Assembly (NCBI GenBank): GCA_017381715.1
Contig: JAFOBR010000010.1
Span: forward strand, 1-63,099
Source of the DNA: Clostridia bacterium
GTDB lineage: Bacteria; Bacillota; Clostridia; Oscillospirales; CAG-382
Direction: 5' to 3'
Length of the DNA stretch: 63,099 nt
Of the stretch, positions 26,632 through 37,796 are shown one piece after another. Within the stretch, counting starts at the first letter, position 1. Every line of letters begins with the position of its first letter. Made by a program: the position numbers and the translations under genes. Under the pieces are notes generated by a model. That model did no database searches and had not been told where the DNA came from. It was given only the letters and a program-made list of their open reading frames with translations.

Positions 26632-27340
26632 GCCGTTGCCTTATATTGAACTTGAAAAGAAGATAGGCTACGTGTTCCGCAACAAAGAATTCCTTCTTAC
26701 CGCGCTCACCCATTCTTCTTTCGTTAACGAAACAAAACAAAAAACCTCCCTTCGCTCCAACGAACGGTTAGAGTTTTTGGGAGATTCCATTCTTTCTGTA
26801 ATCGTTTCCGAGCATATATACCGTTCTTCTCCCGAGCTGGACGAAGGATATCTTACAAGAATCAGAGCCAATATAGTATGTGAAAATTCATTAAGCGAAT
26901 TTGCCCGTGAAATAGAATTGGGAAGCTACCTCCGCATGGGACACGGTGAAGCCGTAACCAACGGAAGAGACCGTAAAAGTACGGTTGCCGATGCTTTTGA
27001 AGCTTTGCTTGCCGCAATTTATCTTGATGGCGGTATGGATCAGGCAAGACGTTTTCTTATGCCCCGTGTAAAAACGGCTCTTTCCAAGCTTTCAAAGGGT
27101 GGTAACGAGGATTATAAATCCCGTTTGCAAAAGATCGTTCAGCAAACACCGGAGGAAATTCTCGAATACGTTCTTGTAAGCGAAGAAGGTCCTCCTCACG
27201 ACAGAGTATTTACCTTCCGTGTAATGCTCAATTCCAACTGTCTGGGCGAAGGCGTGGGCAGAACAAAGCGTGAAGCGGAGCAAAGCGCCGCCAAAGAAGC
27301 ACTTTCCGTTCTCGGTGAACTTGATGAAGACCCATCGTAA
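26615..27340 (+). CDS. rnc: Ribonuclease III
   Basis: NERLEFLGDS, ADAFEA, dsRBD; GTG start at 26615 with AAGGAGG SD. Confidence 0.96.
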   Translation: MNHQIEPLPYIELEKKIGYVFRNKEFLLTALTHSSFVNETKQKTSLRSNERLEFLGDSILSVIVSEHIYRSSPELDEGYLTRIRANIVCENSLSEFAREIELGSYLRMGHGEAVTNGRDRKSTVADAFEALLAAIYLDGGMDQARRFLMPRVKTALSKLSKGGNEDYKSRLQKIVQQTPEEILEYVLVSEEGPPHDRVFTFRVMLNSNCLGEGVGRTKREAEQSAAKEALSVLGELDEDPS

Positions 27341-28319
27341 CATACCTGTTTTTATTCCCCAGGAGGGGTGCCCAAACGCCTGCGTGTTTTGCTCCCAGAA
27401 AAAGATTACGGGAATAGATCGCCGTGCAGAATTGAATACCTTGAAGGATACCGTTGAGAAAGCTTTGGAAAACGAGTGGCAGGAAAGCGAGATCGCCTTT
27501 TTCGGCGGAAGCTTTACGGCTATTGATAAAGCGCGTATGATATCTCTTCTCGATACGGCGTACGAATACGTGTGTGCAGGAAAAATTAACGGAATACGCA
27601 TTTCCACCCGTCCGGATTACATAGACGAAACCGTGCTGGAGATTTTAAAAAGCAGGGGAGTAACCGCTATCGAATTGGGTATTCAGAGCGTTTCGGATAA
27701 AGTGTTAACAGCTTCCGGAAGAGGTCACACAAGTAAACACAGCGAAAACGCTTGTAAATTGATAAAAAAATACGGCTTCCGTCTGGGCGGACAAATGATG
27801 GTCGGTTTGCCTTTGTCAACCGCAAAGGATGAACTAGCCACCGCTCAAGCCATTTGTGATTGGGGCGCGGACGAAACCCGTATTTATCCTACCGTTGTCT
27901 TTGAGGATACGGCGCTTTATAATATGACCTTACAAGGTGCATACGAGCCTCTGTCCTTGGAGGATGCGGTTTCCCGCTGTGCAGACTGTATGGATGTGTT
28001 TTTGACCCGCGGCGTAAAGGTCCTTCGCGTTGGACTTCACGCTTCGGAGCAGCTCGTTTCCGCTCCTTACGGAGCTACCCATCCCGCTATGGGAGAGCTT
28101 GTGGAAAGCGAATTGTACCGCAGAAAAATAGACAGTCGTATACAAGGCGCCCGTGGGAAAAAGCTTTTGGTTTACGTTCCCTTTTCCGCTTGTTCAAAGG
28201 CGGCGGGGCAGCACAGAAAAAACACGGAATATTTTAAAAACACTTACGGTTTTTCTCAGGTATCCGTATACGGAACCGATATGCCGGAGTATACGGTAAG
28301 AATACATATAGAGGATTGA
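27324..28319 (+). CDS. Radical SAM protein (Elp3-like, no acetyltransferase domain)
   Basis: CPNACVFC, FFGGSF, STRPD, IELGIQS. Confidence 0.88.
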   Translation: MKTHRNIPVFIPQEGCPNACVFCSQKKITGIDRRAELNTLKDTVEKALENEWQESEIAFFGGSFTAIDKARMISLLDTAYEYVCAGKINGIRISTRPDYIDETVLEILKSRGVTAIELGIQSVSDKVLTASGRGHTSKHSENACKLIKKYGFRLGGQMMVGLPLSTAKDELATAQAICDWGADETRIYPTVVFEDTALYNMTLQGAYEPLSLEDAVSRCADCMDVFLTRGVKVLRVGLHASEQLVSAPYGATHPAMGELVESELYRRKIDSRIQGARGKKLLVYVPFSACSKAAGQHRKNTEYFKNTYGFSQVSVYGTDMPEYTVRIHIED

Positions 28320-28323
28320 TTTT

Positions 28324-31300
28324 TTGAAACTTAAAAGTATAGAAATGCAGGGGTTCAAATCGTTCCCCGATAAAACACGAATAGCTTTTGACGACGGTGT
28401 TACCGCCATTATCGGCCCCAACGGAAGCGGTAAATCCAACATTTCCGATGCGGTGCGCTGGGTACTTGGCGAAATGTCAATGAAAAGTCTTCGCGGTAGC
28501 AAGATGGAGGATGTTATCTTTAACGGAACGCCCACCCGTCCTGCCGCAAACTTTTCTGCCGTTTCTCTTACTCTTGATACCACCGCAGAGTACGACCGTC
28601 ACGCACAGACATTTATGTCTCTTTCCGAGGAAGAGAAAAATGCCGATGATAAAAAGGACGAATACAAGCTTCACGACGGAACCGAGGTAACCATAACCAG
28701 AAAATATTACCGCAGCGGAGAAAGCGAGTATTATATCAACAAAAAGCAGGTGCGCTTAAAGGATATCTACGAGCTGTTCTATGATACCGGTATCGGCAGA
28801 GAGGGTTATTCGGTTATTTCTCAGGGTAAGATATCCGAGGTTCTCTCCCAAAAGGGACACGAGAGAAGAGATATCTTTGAAGAAGCTGCGGGAATTTCCA
28901 AATTCCGCTACAAAAAAGCGGAAGCGGAAAGAAAGCTTGCCGAAACAGAAAATAATCTTGTAAGAATAAACGATATTTTAAGCGAGGTCTCCTCCCGTAT
29001 CGGTCCTTTGGAAAAGGAAGCGGAAAACGCAAAGAAATATCTTGTGCTTTCCGAAGAGAAGAAGGGATTGGAGATCACTCTCTGGCTTGATAAGATAGAT
29101 AAGCTTCGCGGCGATCTGGAGCGCAACGCAACCGAAACCGCGGGTGCCCGTCTTGCTTTGGATAACAGCGAAAACGACGTGAGAACCCTGGATTATAAGC
29201 TGGATAACGCTCTTCGTGAAGGATATGATGTCGGACGAGAGCTTTCCGAAACAGAGCGTCTTATCTCCGAAAGCGAAAAAAATATAGCTTCCATCGAATC
29301 CGAAAAAGCACTTCGTTTAAACGATGCGGAGCATTACCGCCGTATGGCACGTCAATACGGTGAAGATATTTCCGTAAACAAAAGAGAACTTTCTTTGGCT
29401 GTGGATATGCTTTCCGCCGCTATTGAAGTGGGGAAGGAACTTGAAAGCGAGCACGCAAAGGTAAAAGAAGAATTTGCCCTTGCGGAAGAAGCTTATGCAA
29501 AATACCGCGACACAGCTGTTTTGTGCGCCGAAAAGGAACAAAACGCTCTTTCTGAGCAGACTAAGGCATACGAAACAGTTTCCCGTTTAAGAGAAAGCTA
29601 TGCCGCTATTAAGGCTAAATCCGAAGAATCAGTCCGTGCCCGTGATGAAGCGGAAGCACAGCTTTCCGCCTCAGCCGCAAGAATGGCAGAGCTCAAATCT
29701 GCTTTGGAGAGAGCCGCTTCGGCGCTCAATTCAGCGGAATTACAAGTTAATGAAACTGCGGAAAAATATGCCGAAGCAACCAAAAAGTGCGATGAAAACA
29801 GAGCTTTGCGCAATCAGCTTAACGAAAAACTGTCTACTGTAAATCTTGAAATTTCGGCTTTGGAGCACAGACGTGAAAACCTGCGCCGTATGGAAGCGCT
29901 GTTTGAGGGATATTCGGATGGCGTTAAAAACGTAATGAACTCCTCCGAGCTTAAGGGCATTGTAGGTACCGTTTCTTCCGTTGTTTCCACGGACGAAAAG
30001 TACGTTCTCGCTCTGGAGACAGCATTGGGTGCATCCGCACAGTTTATTATTACGGAAAAAGAAGAAGATGCAAAAAATGCCGTAAAGTACCTTAAAAAGA
30101 CTTCCGGCGGCAGAGCAACATTCCTTCCCATTGATACCGTAACCGGCAATCGCGTAAATGAAGAGCCTTTCAAAAATGTAAAAGGCTATATCGGTATCGC
30201 ATCCGATATGGTAAAGAGCGATAAAAGATTCCGTACGGTTATAGATGACCTTTTGGGCAGAACCGTTCTTACAGAAAATATGGATTCCGCTACTTCTGCC
30301 GCATCCGCTTGCGGATATAAGGTAAAGGTTGTTACCCTTGACGGTCAGGTGGTAAACCCCGGAGGAAGTATTACCGGCGGCAGCGCCCACAAAAAAGCGG
30401 GTCTGTTTACAAGAGCTATGGATATCGATCGTCTTACCGCCGATATCAAAACAAAGCGCACCGAAACGGAAAAGCTGGAAGAGAATATTGCAGATACCGA
30501 TTCGGCTTACAACACTCTTTGTACAGTAAAAAAAGAGGCGGAAGATTCGTATAATTCCGCATTGTCGTTGCGCGGCGATTGTCAGCGTGAATGCGACGGT
30601 GCAGGGGTAAGACTTGAAGAGGAAAACAAACATAACGAGGCGATCAAGCTTCAGGCTTCCCGTCAGGTTTTGGATGCGGAAACATCCCTTGCGGAATCCG
30701 AAAAGCAGCTTGCGGAAGCGGAAGAAACCCTGAATATTCTCCGCGCCGCTTGTGAAAAGTGCAATTCTGACAGTGCTTTGGCAAAAGCCAACGAACAAAG
30801 TGCTTTTGATGAATGTAACCGTATGCGTGTTTCTCTTTATGAGAAAGCATCTTCTTATGACAGACAGAACGCGCACATACGTGCTCTTTCCGATAAGAAG
30901 GAGGGCATTCAGAACAGAATAAACGATATTACCGCTTCTATCCGTCAGGCAGAGGAAAGCGCCGCCGAATCCGAGGCGTTGCTTGCTGAATTCGACGTTA
31001 AAAAGCTGCGTTTTGAAGAAGAAACCGCAAAATACCGTGAAAAGCTTAAAGAGCTTCTTGCTTCCCGTGATGAATCCGAAAAGAATGCTGTAAACATTCG
31101 CAGTCTCGTTAAGGAGGCTCAGATCAAAAAGGAAGAAGCTTTGCGCAGATTTACTGAGCTTGAATCAAAAGGTCAGAATCTTAATACCGATTACGATACG
31201 GTTTCCGCAAAGCTTTGGGATGAATATGAGCTTACCTATACCAACGCCTGCGCATACAGATTGCCTGCGGAGCAGATGACATCTGCAGCAACCCGTGTGG

Positions 31301-31956
31301 CATCTCTCCGTGCAAAGATCCGTGCTATGGGTCACATAAACGTAAATGCCGTTGAGGAATACAAAACCGAAAAAGAGAGATTTGATTTCCTTACCGCGCA
31401 GACCGATGACCTTAATAAGACACGACGCCAGTTGGATTCCACCATTGAGAAGCTGTCCCGCACTATGAAGGATACCTTTATAGATTGCTTTGAGCGTATC
31501 AACTCCGCTTTCGGCAGAACCTTCGCCGCATTGTTCGGCGGCGGCTCCGGTAAGGTTGAGCTTGAAGACCCCAACAACCCTCTGGAATGCGGAATAGATA
31601 TTATTTTAAGACCTCCCGGAAAGAGCGTAAAGAGTATTTCTCTTCTTTCCGGCGGCGAACAGTCCTTTGCCGCAATTGCATTGTATCTTGCTTTGCAGGA
31701 GATCAATCCTTCGCCCTTCTGTATTTTCGACGAAATCGAATCTGCGCTGGATGATGTTAACCTTGCAAAATTTGCGGATTACGTGCGTGAGCACAGCGAA
31801 TCCACCCAGTATATTCTTATTACCCACCGCCGCGGCACCATGGAGCGCGCCGACGTGCTGTACGGTGTAACAATGTACGAAAGAGGTGTTTCCAATTATC
31901 TCCGTCTTAACGTAGATATGATGGAAGAAAATATCAAAAAATACAGTCATTCATAA
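28324..31956 (+). CDS. smc: Chromosome segregation protein SMC
   Basis: GPNGSGKSN Walker A, hinge GRATFLP/GGSITGG, LSGGE signature, FDEIESALD; TTG start. Confidence 0.97.
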   Translation: MKLKSIEMQGFKSFPDKTRIAFDDGVTAIIGPNGSGKSNISDAVRWVLGEMSMKSLRGSKMEDVIFNGTPTRPAANFSAVSLTLDTTAEYDRHAQTFMSLSEEEKNADDKKDEYKLHDGTEVTITRKYYRSGESEYYINKKQVRLKDIYELFYDTGIGREGYSVISQGKISEVLSQKGHERRDIFEEAAGISKFRYKKAEAERKLAETENNLVRINDILSEVSSRIGPLEKEAENAKKYLVLSEEKKGLEITLWLDKIDKLRGDLERNATETAGARLALDNSENDVRTLDYKLDNALREGYDVGRELSETERLISESEKNIASIESEKALRLNDAEHYRRMARQYGEDISVNKRELSLAVDMLSAAIEVGKELESEHAKVKEEFALAEEAYAKYRDTAVLCAEKEQNALSEQTKAYETVSRLRESYAAIKAKSEESVRARDEAEAQLSASAARMAELKSALERAASALNSAELQVNETAEKYAEATKKCDENRALRNQLNEKLSTVNLEISALEHRRENLRRMEALFEGYSDGVKNVMNSSELKGIVGTVSSVVSTDEKYVLALETALGASAQFIITEKEEDAKNAVKYLKKTSGGRATFLPIDTVTGNRVNEEPFKNVKGYIGIASDMVKSDKRFRTVIDDLLGRTVLTENMDSATSAASACGYKVKVVTLDGQVVNPGGSITGGSAHKKAGLFTRAMDIDRLTADIKTKRTETEKLEENIADTDSAYNTLCTVKKEAEDSYNSALSLRGDCQRECDGAGVRLEEENKHNEAIKLQASRQVLDAETSLAESEKQLAEAEETLNILRAACEKCNSDSALAKANEQSAFDECNRMRVSLYEKASSYDRQNAHIRALSDKKEGIQNRINDITASIRQAEESAAESEALLAEFDVKKLRFEEETAKYREKLKELLASRDESEKNAVNIRSLVKEAQIKKEEALRRFTELESKGQNLNTDYDTVSAKLWDEYELTYTNACAYRLPAEQMTSAATRVASLRAKIRAMGHINVNAVEEYKTEKERFDFLTAQTDDLNKTRRQLDSTIEKLSRTMKDTFIDCFERINSAFGRTFAALFGGGSGKVELEDPNNPLECGIDIILRPPGKSVKSISLLSGGEQSFAAIALYLALQEINPSPFCIFDEIESALDDVNLAKFADYVREHSESTQYILITHRRGTMERADVLYGVTMYERGVSNYLRLNVDMMEENIKKYSHS

Positions 31957-31968
31957 AAAGGAGCAACA

Positions 31969-32877
31969 ATGGGCTTTTTTGATAAATTAAAACAAGGTCT
32001 TGCAAAGACAAAAGCCGCCTTTATCACTCCGCTTGAAAAGCTCTTTTCATCTGCGGAAAAGGTGGACGATGATTTTTTTGATGAGCTTTTGGACGTGCTT
32101 ATAATGGCAGACGTGGGAGTGGAAACATCCGATTATATCGTTGAAACTCTCCGTGCCGAATTAAAATCCAAAAATATATGGGAGGCAGATAAAGCCCGTG
32201 TGGAGCTTCGCCGAGTTATGTGTGAAACCATCGGCGAGTATAAGCCCCTTGAGATCAAAGAAGGTCTCAACGTAATTTTGGTTATCGGAGTTAACGGCGC
32301 AGGCAAGACCACCTCTATCGGCAAATTGGCATCAATGTACAAAGCCGATGGAAAAAAGGTCATTCTTGCCGCCGCAGATACCTTCCGTGCTGCAGCCATC
32401 GACCAGCTCGGTGTCTGGGCGGACAGAGCAGGGGTACAGATGATACGTCAGTCCGAGGGTGCAGACCCTGCAGCTGTTGTATTTGACGCTGCTGCCGCCG
32501 CCCGCAAGCAAAAAGCCGACGTGCTTATCGTAGATACTGCGGGAAGATTGCACAACAAGAAAAATCTTCTTGATGAGCTTGCAAAAATTAACCGTGTTTT
32601 AGACCGTGAGCTTCCCGAAGCCCACAAGGAAACTCTTATAGTTCTGGATGCAACTACCGGTCAGAACGCTATTCTGCAGACACAGGAATTCGGTAAAGCC
32701 GCAGGAATTTCCGGTCTTGTTCTTACAAAGCTGGACGGAACCGCAAAGGGCGGATTTGTGCTTGCAATAAAACATACCTTGGATATTCCCGTGCGCTTTA
32801 TAGGCGTAGGCGAGGGTGTGGACGATCTCCGTCCCTTTAACCCCGATGATTTTGTAAAAGCTATGTTCGGAGATTAA
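31969..32877 (+). CDS. ftsY: SRP receptor FtsY
   Basis: GVNGAGKTT, DTFRAAA, DTAGR, TKLDGTAKGG. Confidence 0.97.
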   Translation: MGFFDKLKQGLAKTKAAFITPLEKLFSSAEKVDDDFFDELLDVLIMADVGVETSDYIVETLRAELKSKNIWEADKARVELRRVMCETIGEYKPLEIKEGLNVILVIGVNGAGKTTSIGKLASMYKADGKKVILAAADTFRAAAIDQLGVWADRAGVQMIRQSEGADPAAVVFDAAAAARKQKADVLIVDTAGRLHNKKNLLDELAKINRVLDRELPEAHKETLIVLDATTGQNAILQTQEFGKAAGISGLVLTKLDGTAKGGFVLAIKHTLDIPVRFIGVGEGVDDLRPFNPDDFVKAMFGD

Positions 32878-32880
32878 AAA

Positions 32881-33495
32881 ATGGAACTTGTTTTTGCCAC
32901 CAATAATAAACACAAAGTAAGCGAACTTCGTGAGCTTTTTCACGGATATTTCGGCGATAAAGTAAATATACTTACTCTTAAAGACGTAGGCTTTGAGGGG
33001 GATATTATCGAGGATGCCGATACTTTTGCGGGAAATGCCTTTATAAAAGCCGATACGGTATGCCGTTTTTGCGGAAAACCTGCCGTAGCGGACGATTCGG
33101 GCCTTGTTGTAGACGCATTGGGAGGAGCTCCCGGTGTTATGTCCGCCCGCTATTCCGGTGCAGATGCCGACGATATAAGAAATATTCAAAAGCTTTTAAA
33201 AGAGCTTGATGGTGTGGAGTACGAAAACCGTACTGCCCGTTTTGTTTGCCACATCTGCTGTGTTTTCCCTGATGGAAAACGTATTGACTGTGAAGAAAAC
33301 AGCGAAGGCAGAATTATCTTCGAATGTAAGGGTGACGGAGACTTCGGTTACGACCCTGTCTTCCTTAACGAAGAGTACGGACTTACCTTTGCCCAAATGG
33401 ATATGGAAACAAAAAACAAGGTAAGCCACAGAGGAAAAGCAGTAAGAACTTTTGCAGACATATTTGCTTCAACAAATGTTGACATAATACAGTAA
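32881..33495 (+). CDS. rdgB: dITP/XTP pyrophosphatase (Ham1 family)
   Basis: ATNNKHK, ADDSGL, FGYDPVF, SHRGKA. Confidence 0.95.
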   Translation: MELVFATNNKHKVSELRELFHGYFGDKVNILTLKDVGFEGDIIEDADTFAGNAFIKADTVCRFCGKPAVADDSGLVVDALGGAPGVMSARYSGADADDIRNIQKLLKELDGVEYENRTARFVCHICCVFPDGKRIDCEENSEGRIIFECKGDGDFGYDPVFLNEEYGLTFAQMDMETKNKVSHRGKAVRTFADIFASTNVDIIQ

Positions 33496-33507
33496 ATGTG
33501 TTATCAT
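33479..33507 (+). promoter_or_regulatory. sigA promoter of cdaA, overlapping the rdgB end
   Basis: TTGACA-N17-TATCAT with extended TG. Confidence 0.65.
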
Positions 33508-33547
33508 ATTTTATTGGAATAAGTATACTTTACCGGGAGGGAACAGC

Positions 33548-34426
33548 GTGAGCGATTTTCTTTATTATGTTAAGGAAACTCTGTTTAATATTACAGTAAT
33601 AGATGTTATAGATATCATCATAGTATCTTTTCTGCTGTACTATACTTTTAAGTTTATACAAGAGCGTCGCGCTGCAAAACTCGCCATCGGTCTTATTCTG
33701 CTTTTGGCACTTTTGCTTATCAGCGAAGTGCTTAATATGCACGCTCTGAATTTTATTCTTTCGAATCTGTTCAGCGTCGGAATAATTGCTTTGGTTATCG
33801 TTTTCCAACCGGAATTGCGAAGTGCTCTGGAAAAGGTTGGCGGTGAATCTCTCAGAAGCATACGGGGTAAAATGGATGACGAAACAGTTGCTGTTTACAC
33901 CGAATGTATTACCGAGGTTGCGGTTGCAGCAGAACAGCTTTCCCAATCCAAAACAGGTGCTTTGATGGTGTTCGAGCGTTCCACAAAGCTGGGCGACGTT
34001 ATCCGTACCGGTACCGTCCTTGATGCAAAGCCTACGTCGTTCCTTATCGGAAACATCTTTTTCAACAAAGCGCCTCTGCACGACGGTGCGGTTATATTCC
34101 GTGATGGACGTATTCACGCCGCAGGATGCTTTTTGCCTCTTTCCGATAACAACGAAATCGTTAAAGATCTCGGCACACGTCACCGTGCAGGTATCGGTAT
34201 GAGCGAAAACAGCGATGCTATAGTTCTTATCGTTTCCGAAGAAACGGGTATAATTTCCGTCGCTTGCGATGGTGTGCTTAAAAGAGGTTTTTCCCGCAAG
34301 AAGCTGGAAACTTATCTCGAATCCCAGCTTATTGTTAAGGAAAACTCCTTAAAGAGCAAGGTAAAGAGTCAGTTAACACGTATTACAAAGATCAAAAAGG
34401 GGGATGACAATATTGATAAAGAATAA
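33548..34426 (+). CDS. cdaA: Membrane diadenylate cyclase
   Basis: Three TMs, FQPELRSALE, PLHDGA, GTRHRA. Confidence 0.96.
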   Translation: MSDFLYYVKETLFNITVIDVIDIIIVSFLLYYTFKFIQERRAAKLAIGLILLLALLLISEVLNMHALNFILSNLFSVGIIALVIVFQPELRSALEKVGGESLRSIRGKMDDETVAVYTECITEVAVAAEQLSQSKTGALMVFERSTKLGDVIRTGTVLDAKPTSFLIGNIFFNKAPLHDGAVIFRDGRIHAAGCFLPLSDNNEIVKDLGTRHRAGIGMSENSDAIVLIVSEETGIISVACDGVLKRGFSRKKLETYLESQLIVKENSLKSKVKSQLTRITKIKKGDDNIDKE

Positions 34427-35684
34427 CCAAAATCCCGCCAAACAAATCCCTTATGCCAACAAAGGTAAAATATTCACCTTTTTAACCGCTCTTCTTGCTT
34501 TTATATCTGCTATTGTTTTGTGGTTTTTTGCCATAGATTACGATAGCCCCGATTACACTAAAACTTTTTCCAATATAAAGGTTGAAGTTACCGGACTTGC
34601 CGAGCTCCGCCAGACTATGGGATACACTTTGCTGGAGGAACCTGATCTTACGGTTGATGTTACTATTGCCGGAAAGCGTACCGACGTTAATCAGGTTCGT
34701 TCTTCCGAGATAACCGCATCCATAGATCTTTCCGCGGTTGCGGCAGCAGGTGAAAATAAATTTGAGGTACAAATTACTTCTCCCAACGGCACCACGGTTG
34801 CTTCTCAAAGCGTTAATGAAGTAAGATTGTATGTTGATAACTTTATTTCAAAGCAGTATACCGTAAAGGTTCGCAAAATGAATTACGTTCTCGCGGAAAA
34901 CCTTTATATCGATACTGTGACATGCAGTCCTGCTACAGTCACCGTTTGGGGACCGGAAAATGAGCTTGAAAAAATATCCGGCGCATACGTTGATCTTGAA
35001 ATGGGCGAATTAGTGAATTCCATTAAGGTTACGTCTACCGCAAAGCTTTTGGATATAAACAACGCAGAAGTGGATAATCCTTATATTTATATTGCCAACA
35101 GTTCCGTTACCTCTTCGGTTTCCGTTTATATGGAAAAAGAAGTTCCTGTCAGAGTAAAGCTTACCGGCGGATTATATTCCGAGCTTACAGCGGATATACG
35201 ATGTGATATGGATACAGTGCTTCTCCGTGGTACTGTTGAGCGTATGGCAAATATCAAGGAATACGTTATAGAAATAGACGAAACCGATACACAGTTCGAT
35301 TCTCCCATTAAAGTTCTTGTTTCTCCTCCCAATGGCGTTGTTAATTCGGGAGAAGAGCAATATGCGACCGTTCTTCTTTCTATACCCGATATAGGCAAGA
35401 GGGAAATGGTGTTGGAATCGAATAAAGTAGAATTTGTCAATATGCCGGAAGAAATCGATGCAAAAGCATTGGAAGATATAACTGTAGAGCTTCGCGGCCT
35501 GCAGGATGTGTTGGATCTGCTTACAGAAGAAGATATATCCGTAACTGTAGATATGTCTATGCTGGGTGAGCTTTCCGAAGGCACAGCTACCGTTCCGGTA
35601 ACAGTAAGTATTTCAAACGAAGACGTTTCCGGTGTATTCGTTTATAATAGAAACGCATATACCGTTCAAATAATTATAAAATAA
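34404..35684 (+). CDS. cdaR: YbbR-domain CdaA regulator
   Basis: N-terminal TM with LW, repeated V.V.G...A.IDLS YbbR units; directly follows cdaA. Confidence 0.85.
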   Translation: MTILIKNNQNPAKQIPYANKGKIFTFLTALLAFISAIVLWFFAIDYDSPDYTKTFSNIKVEVTGLAELRQTMGYTLLEEPDLTVDVTIAGKRTDVNQVRSSEITASIDLSAVAAAGENKFEVQITSPNGTTVASQSVNEVRLYVDNFISKQYTVKVRKMNYVLAENLYIDTVTCSPATVTVWGPENELEKISGAYVDLEMGELVNSIKVTSTAKLLDINNAEVDNPYIYIANSSVTSSVSVYMEKEVPVRVKLTGGLYSELTADIRCDMDTVLLRGTVERMANIKEYVIEIDETDTQFDSPIKVLVSPPNGVVNSGEEQYATVLLSIPDIGKREMVLESNKVEFVNMPEEIDAKALEDITVELRGLQDVLDLLTEEDISVTVDMSMLGELSEGTATVPVTVSISNEDVSGVFVYNRNAYTVQIIIK

Positions 35685-35695
35685 ATTTTTAGGAG

Positions 35696-37783
35696 ATGAA
35701 GGCCTTGACTTCAAGGAAGTGGGTCATAAACGGTGCAGATACCGCCGCAGCTACGGCATTGCGGGCGGAAAGCGGATATTTGCCTCTTACTGCAAGATTA
35801 CTTTGCTCCAGAGGCTTGGATACCGCAGAAAAAGTTGCCGAATTTTACGATACATCAAAACTTTCTTTTTACGATCCATATCTGCTTAAGGATATGGATA
35901 AAGCGGTAGCCCGCATTAAAAAAGCTATAGAGAATAAAGAACGTGTATGTATTTACGGAGATTACGATGTAGACGGAGTTACCTCTACAACAATGCTGTA
36001 TACATATCTCCGTTCTCTTGGTGTGGAGACTACCTATTTTATTCCCGAGCGAATGAACGAAGGATACGGTCTCAGCCGTACTGCTATCGAGCGTTTTGCC
36101 GGAAATGTGGATCTGCTTATTACCGTTGATACGGGTATAACGGCAGTTTCGGAAACCGAGTATGCAAAGCAGTTCGGAATGGATATGATAATAACCGACC
36201 ATCATAGCTGTAGGGATATCCTTCCCGATGCCGTGGCGGTTGTTAACCCTCACAGAGAAGACTGCGAATACCCCTTCAAAAAGCTTGCGGGGGTAGGAGT
36301 GGTGTTCAAGCTTCTTTGCGCCCTTCACGGCAACAGCGAGGATATCTGTAAGAGGTACGGAGAGATAGTGGCTATCGGTACTATCGCAGATGTTATGCCG
36401 ATTGTTGGCGAAAACCGTCTTATTGCCGCTATAGGTATCGAAAATCTTTCCAATACAACGTATCTTGGACTTCGTGCTCTTATGGAGCAGGTAGGTATTT
36501 TCAAAAACGGCAAGAAGGTTAAAAAGATAACATCTTCTACAATCGGTTACGTGCTTGCGCCCCGTATAAACGCTGCAGGAAGAATAACCAGCGCAGTTCG
36601 CGCAGTAGAGCTTTTGCTGGCTGATAATGAATGTGATGCAAACCGTATTGCCGCTGAACTTTGCGAGATAAACAAGCTGCGCCAGTCTACCGAGCTTGAT
36701 ATTTATACTCAGGCGCTTACCCAAATATCGGAGCGTCATTCCGAGAACACCGCATACGTCCTTTCTTCCGATGGATGGCATCAAGGTGTTATCGGTGTCG
36801 TCGCTTCCCGCATAACCGAAAAATACTCCCTTCCCAGCGTGCTTTTCTCTTTTGACGGAGATATAGGCAAGGGAAGCGGAAGAAGCATCAAGGGCTTTTC
36901 TTTGATGGATGCTCTTGCCGAATGCTCCGATCTTTTGCTTGAATACGGCGGACACGAGCTTGCGGCAGGATTATCTATAGAGCGTAAGAATCTGGAGGCG
37001 TTTTCCGCCAGATTGAACGATTACGCAGAGAAGCATATAAAGAAAAACGAACTTGTTATTCCTTTGGAAATAGACTGCGAAGCTTCATTTTCTGAGCTTA
37101 CTTTACGTCAGGCAGAGGATATTCAGCGTCTTGAGCCTTTCGGTCTTTCCAATCCCGTTCCCGTTTTTATTGTTAAGGGTGCGGTTATAAAGAATCTTAC
37201 ACCCCTTTCCGGCGGCAAGCATATGAAGATAAGGGTATCCGACGGAAGCAGAAACGATCTTACCGCAGTTTATTTCGGTATGAGTGCGGAAAACTTTTCC
37301 TTCTGCGAAGGGGACAAGTGCGATATAGCATTTTCTCTTGAAATCAACGAATTTTTAGGTAATGCAACACCCCAGCTTCTCATAAAAGGAATCAGACTTG
37401 CAGAGGGCGAAAAAAATCTGCTCGAGCTCGAATACGAAACATATCTGAGCGCTGTAGATTTCGATAATACACAGCCCGTTTCTTCGGATTGCATTCCCAC
37501 CCTTGCAGATTTCAGAGAGGTTTTCCGTTATTTGCGCCGCAGTCTGGACGGAAGCAAGCCCATTTCACTGCGCCGCCTTGTAAGCAGTATCCGTGAAGAT
37601 ACCGATACTGATATAAGTGCGTGTAAAATATTGATTATAAGCGATGTTTTGCAAGAACAAGGCATTGCCGACGTGGAACATTTTCCCGGCATGCTCATAC
37701 GCATCAATCTTAAGCCGTTTAGCGGAAAGATCAATCTTGACAATTCCGAACTGCTTGGAAGGATAAAGGCAAAACACGCATAA
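35696..37783 (+). CDS. recJ: ssDNA exonuclease RecJ
   Basis: GDYDVDG, TVDTG, TDHH, APRINAAGR, GGHELAAG. Confidence 0.96.
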   Translation: MKALTSRKWVINGADTAAATALRAESGYLPLTARLLCSRGLDTAEKVAEFYDTSKLSFYDPYLLKDMDKAVARIKKAIENKERVCIYGDYDVDGVTSTTMLYTYLRSLGVETTYFIPERMNEGYGLSRTAIERFAGNVDLLITVDTGITAVSETEYAKQFGMDMIITDHHSCRDILPDAVAVVNPHREDCEYPFKKLAGVGVVFKLLCALHGNSEDICKRYGEIVAIGTIADVMPIVGENRLIAAIGIENLSNTTYLGLRALMEQVGIFKNGKKVKKITSSTIGYVLAPRINAAGRITSAVRAVELLLADNECDANRIAAELCEINKLRQSTELDIYTQALTQISERHSENTAYVLSSDGWHQGVIGVVASRITEKYSLPSVLFSFDGDIGKGSGRSIKGFSLMDALAECSDLLLEYGGHELAAGLSIERKNLEAFSARLNDYAEKHIKKNELVIPLEIDCEASFSELTLRQAEDIQRLEPFGLSNPVPVFIVKGAVIKNLTPLSGGKHMKIRVSDGSRNDLTAVYFGMSAENFSFCEGDKCDIAFSLEINEFLGNATPQLLIKGIRLAEGEKNLLELEYETYLSAVDFDNTQPVSSDCIPTLADFREVFRYLRRSLDGSKPISLRRLVSSIREDTDTDISACKILIISDVLQEQGIADVEHFPGMLIRINLKPFSGKINLDNSELLGRIKAKHA

Positions 37784-37796
37784 AGTACGGTGTTAT

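Noticed and set aside
29740-30876. 378-aa antisense ORF
   Set aside because: Shadow of the smc coiled coil
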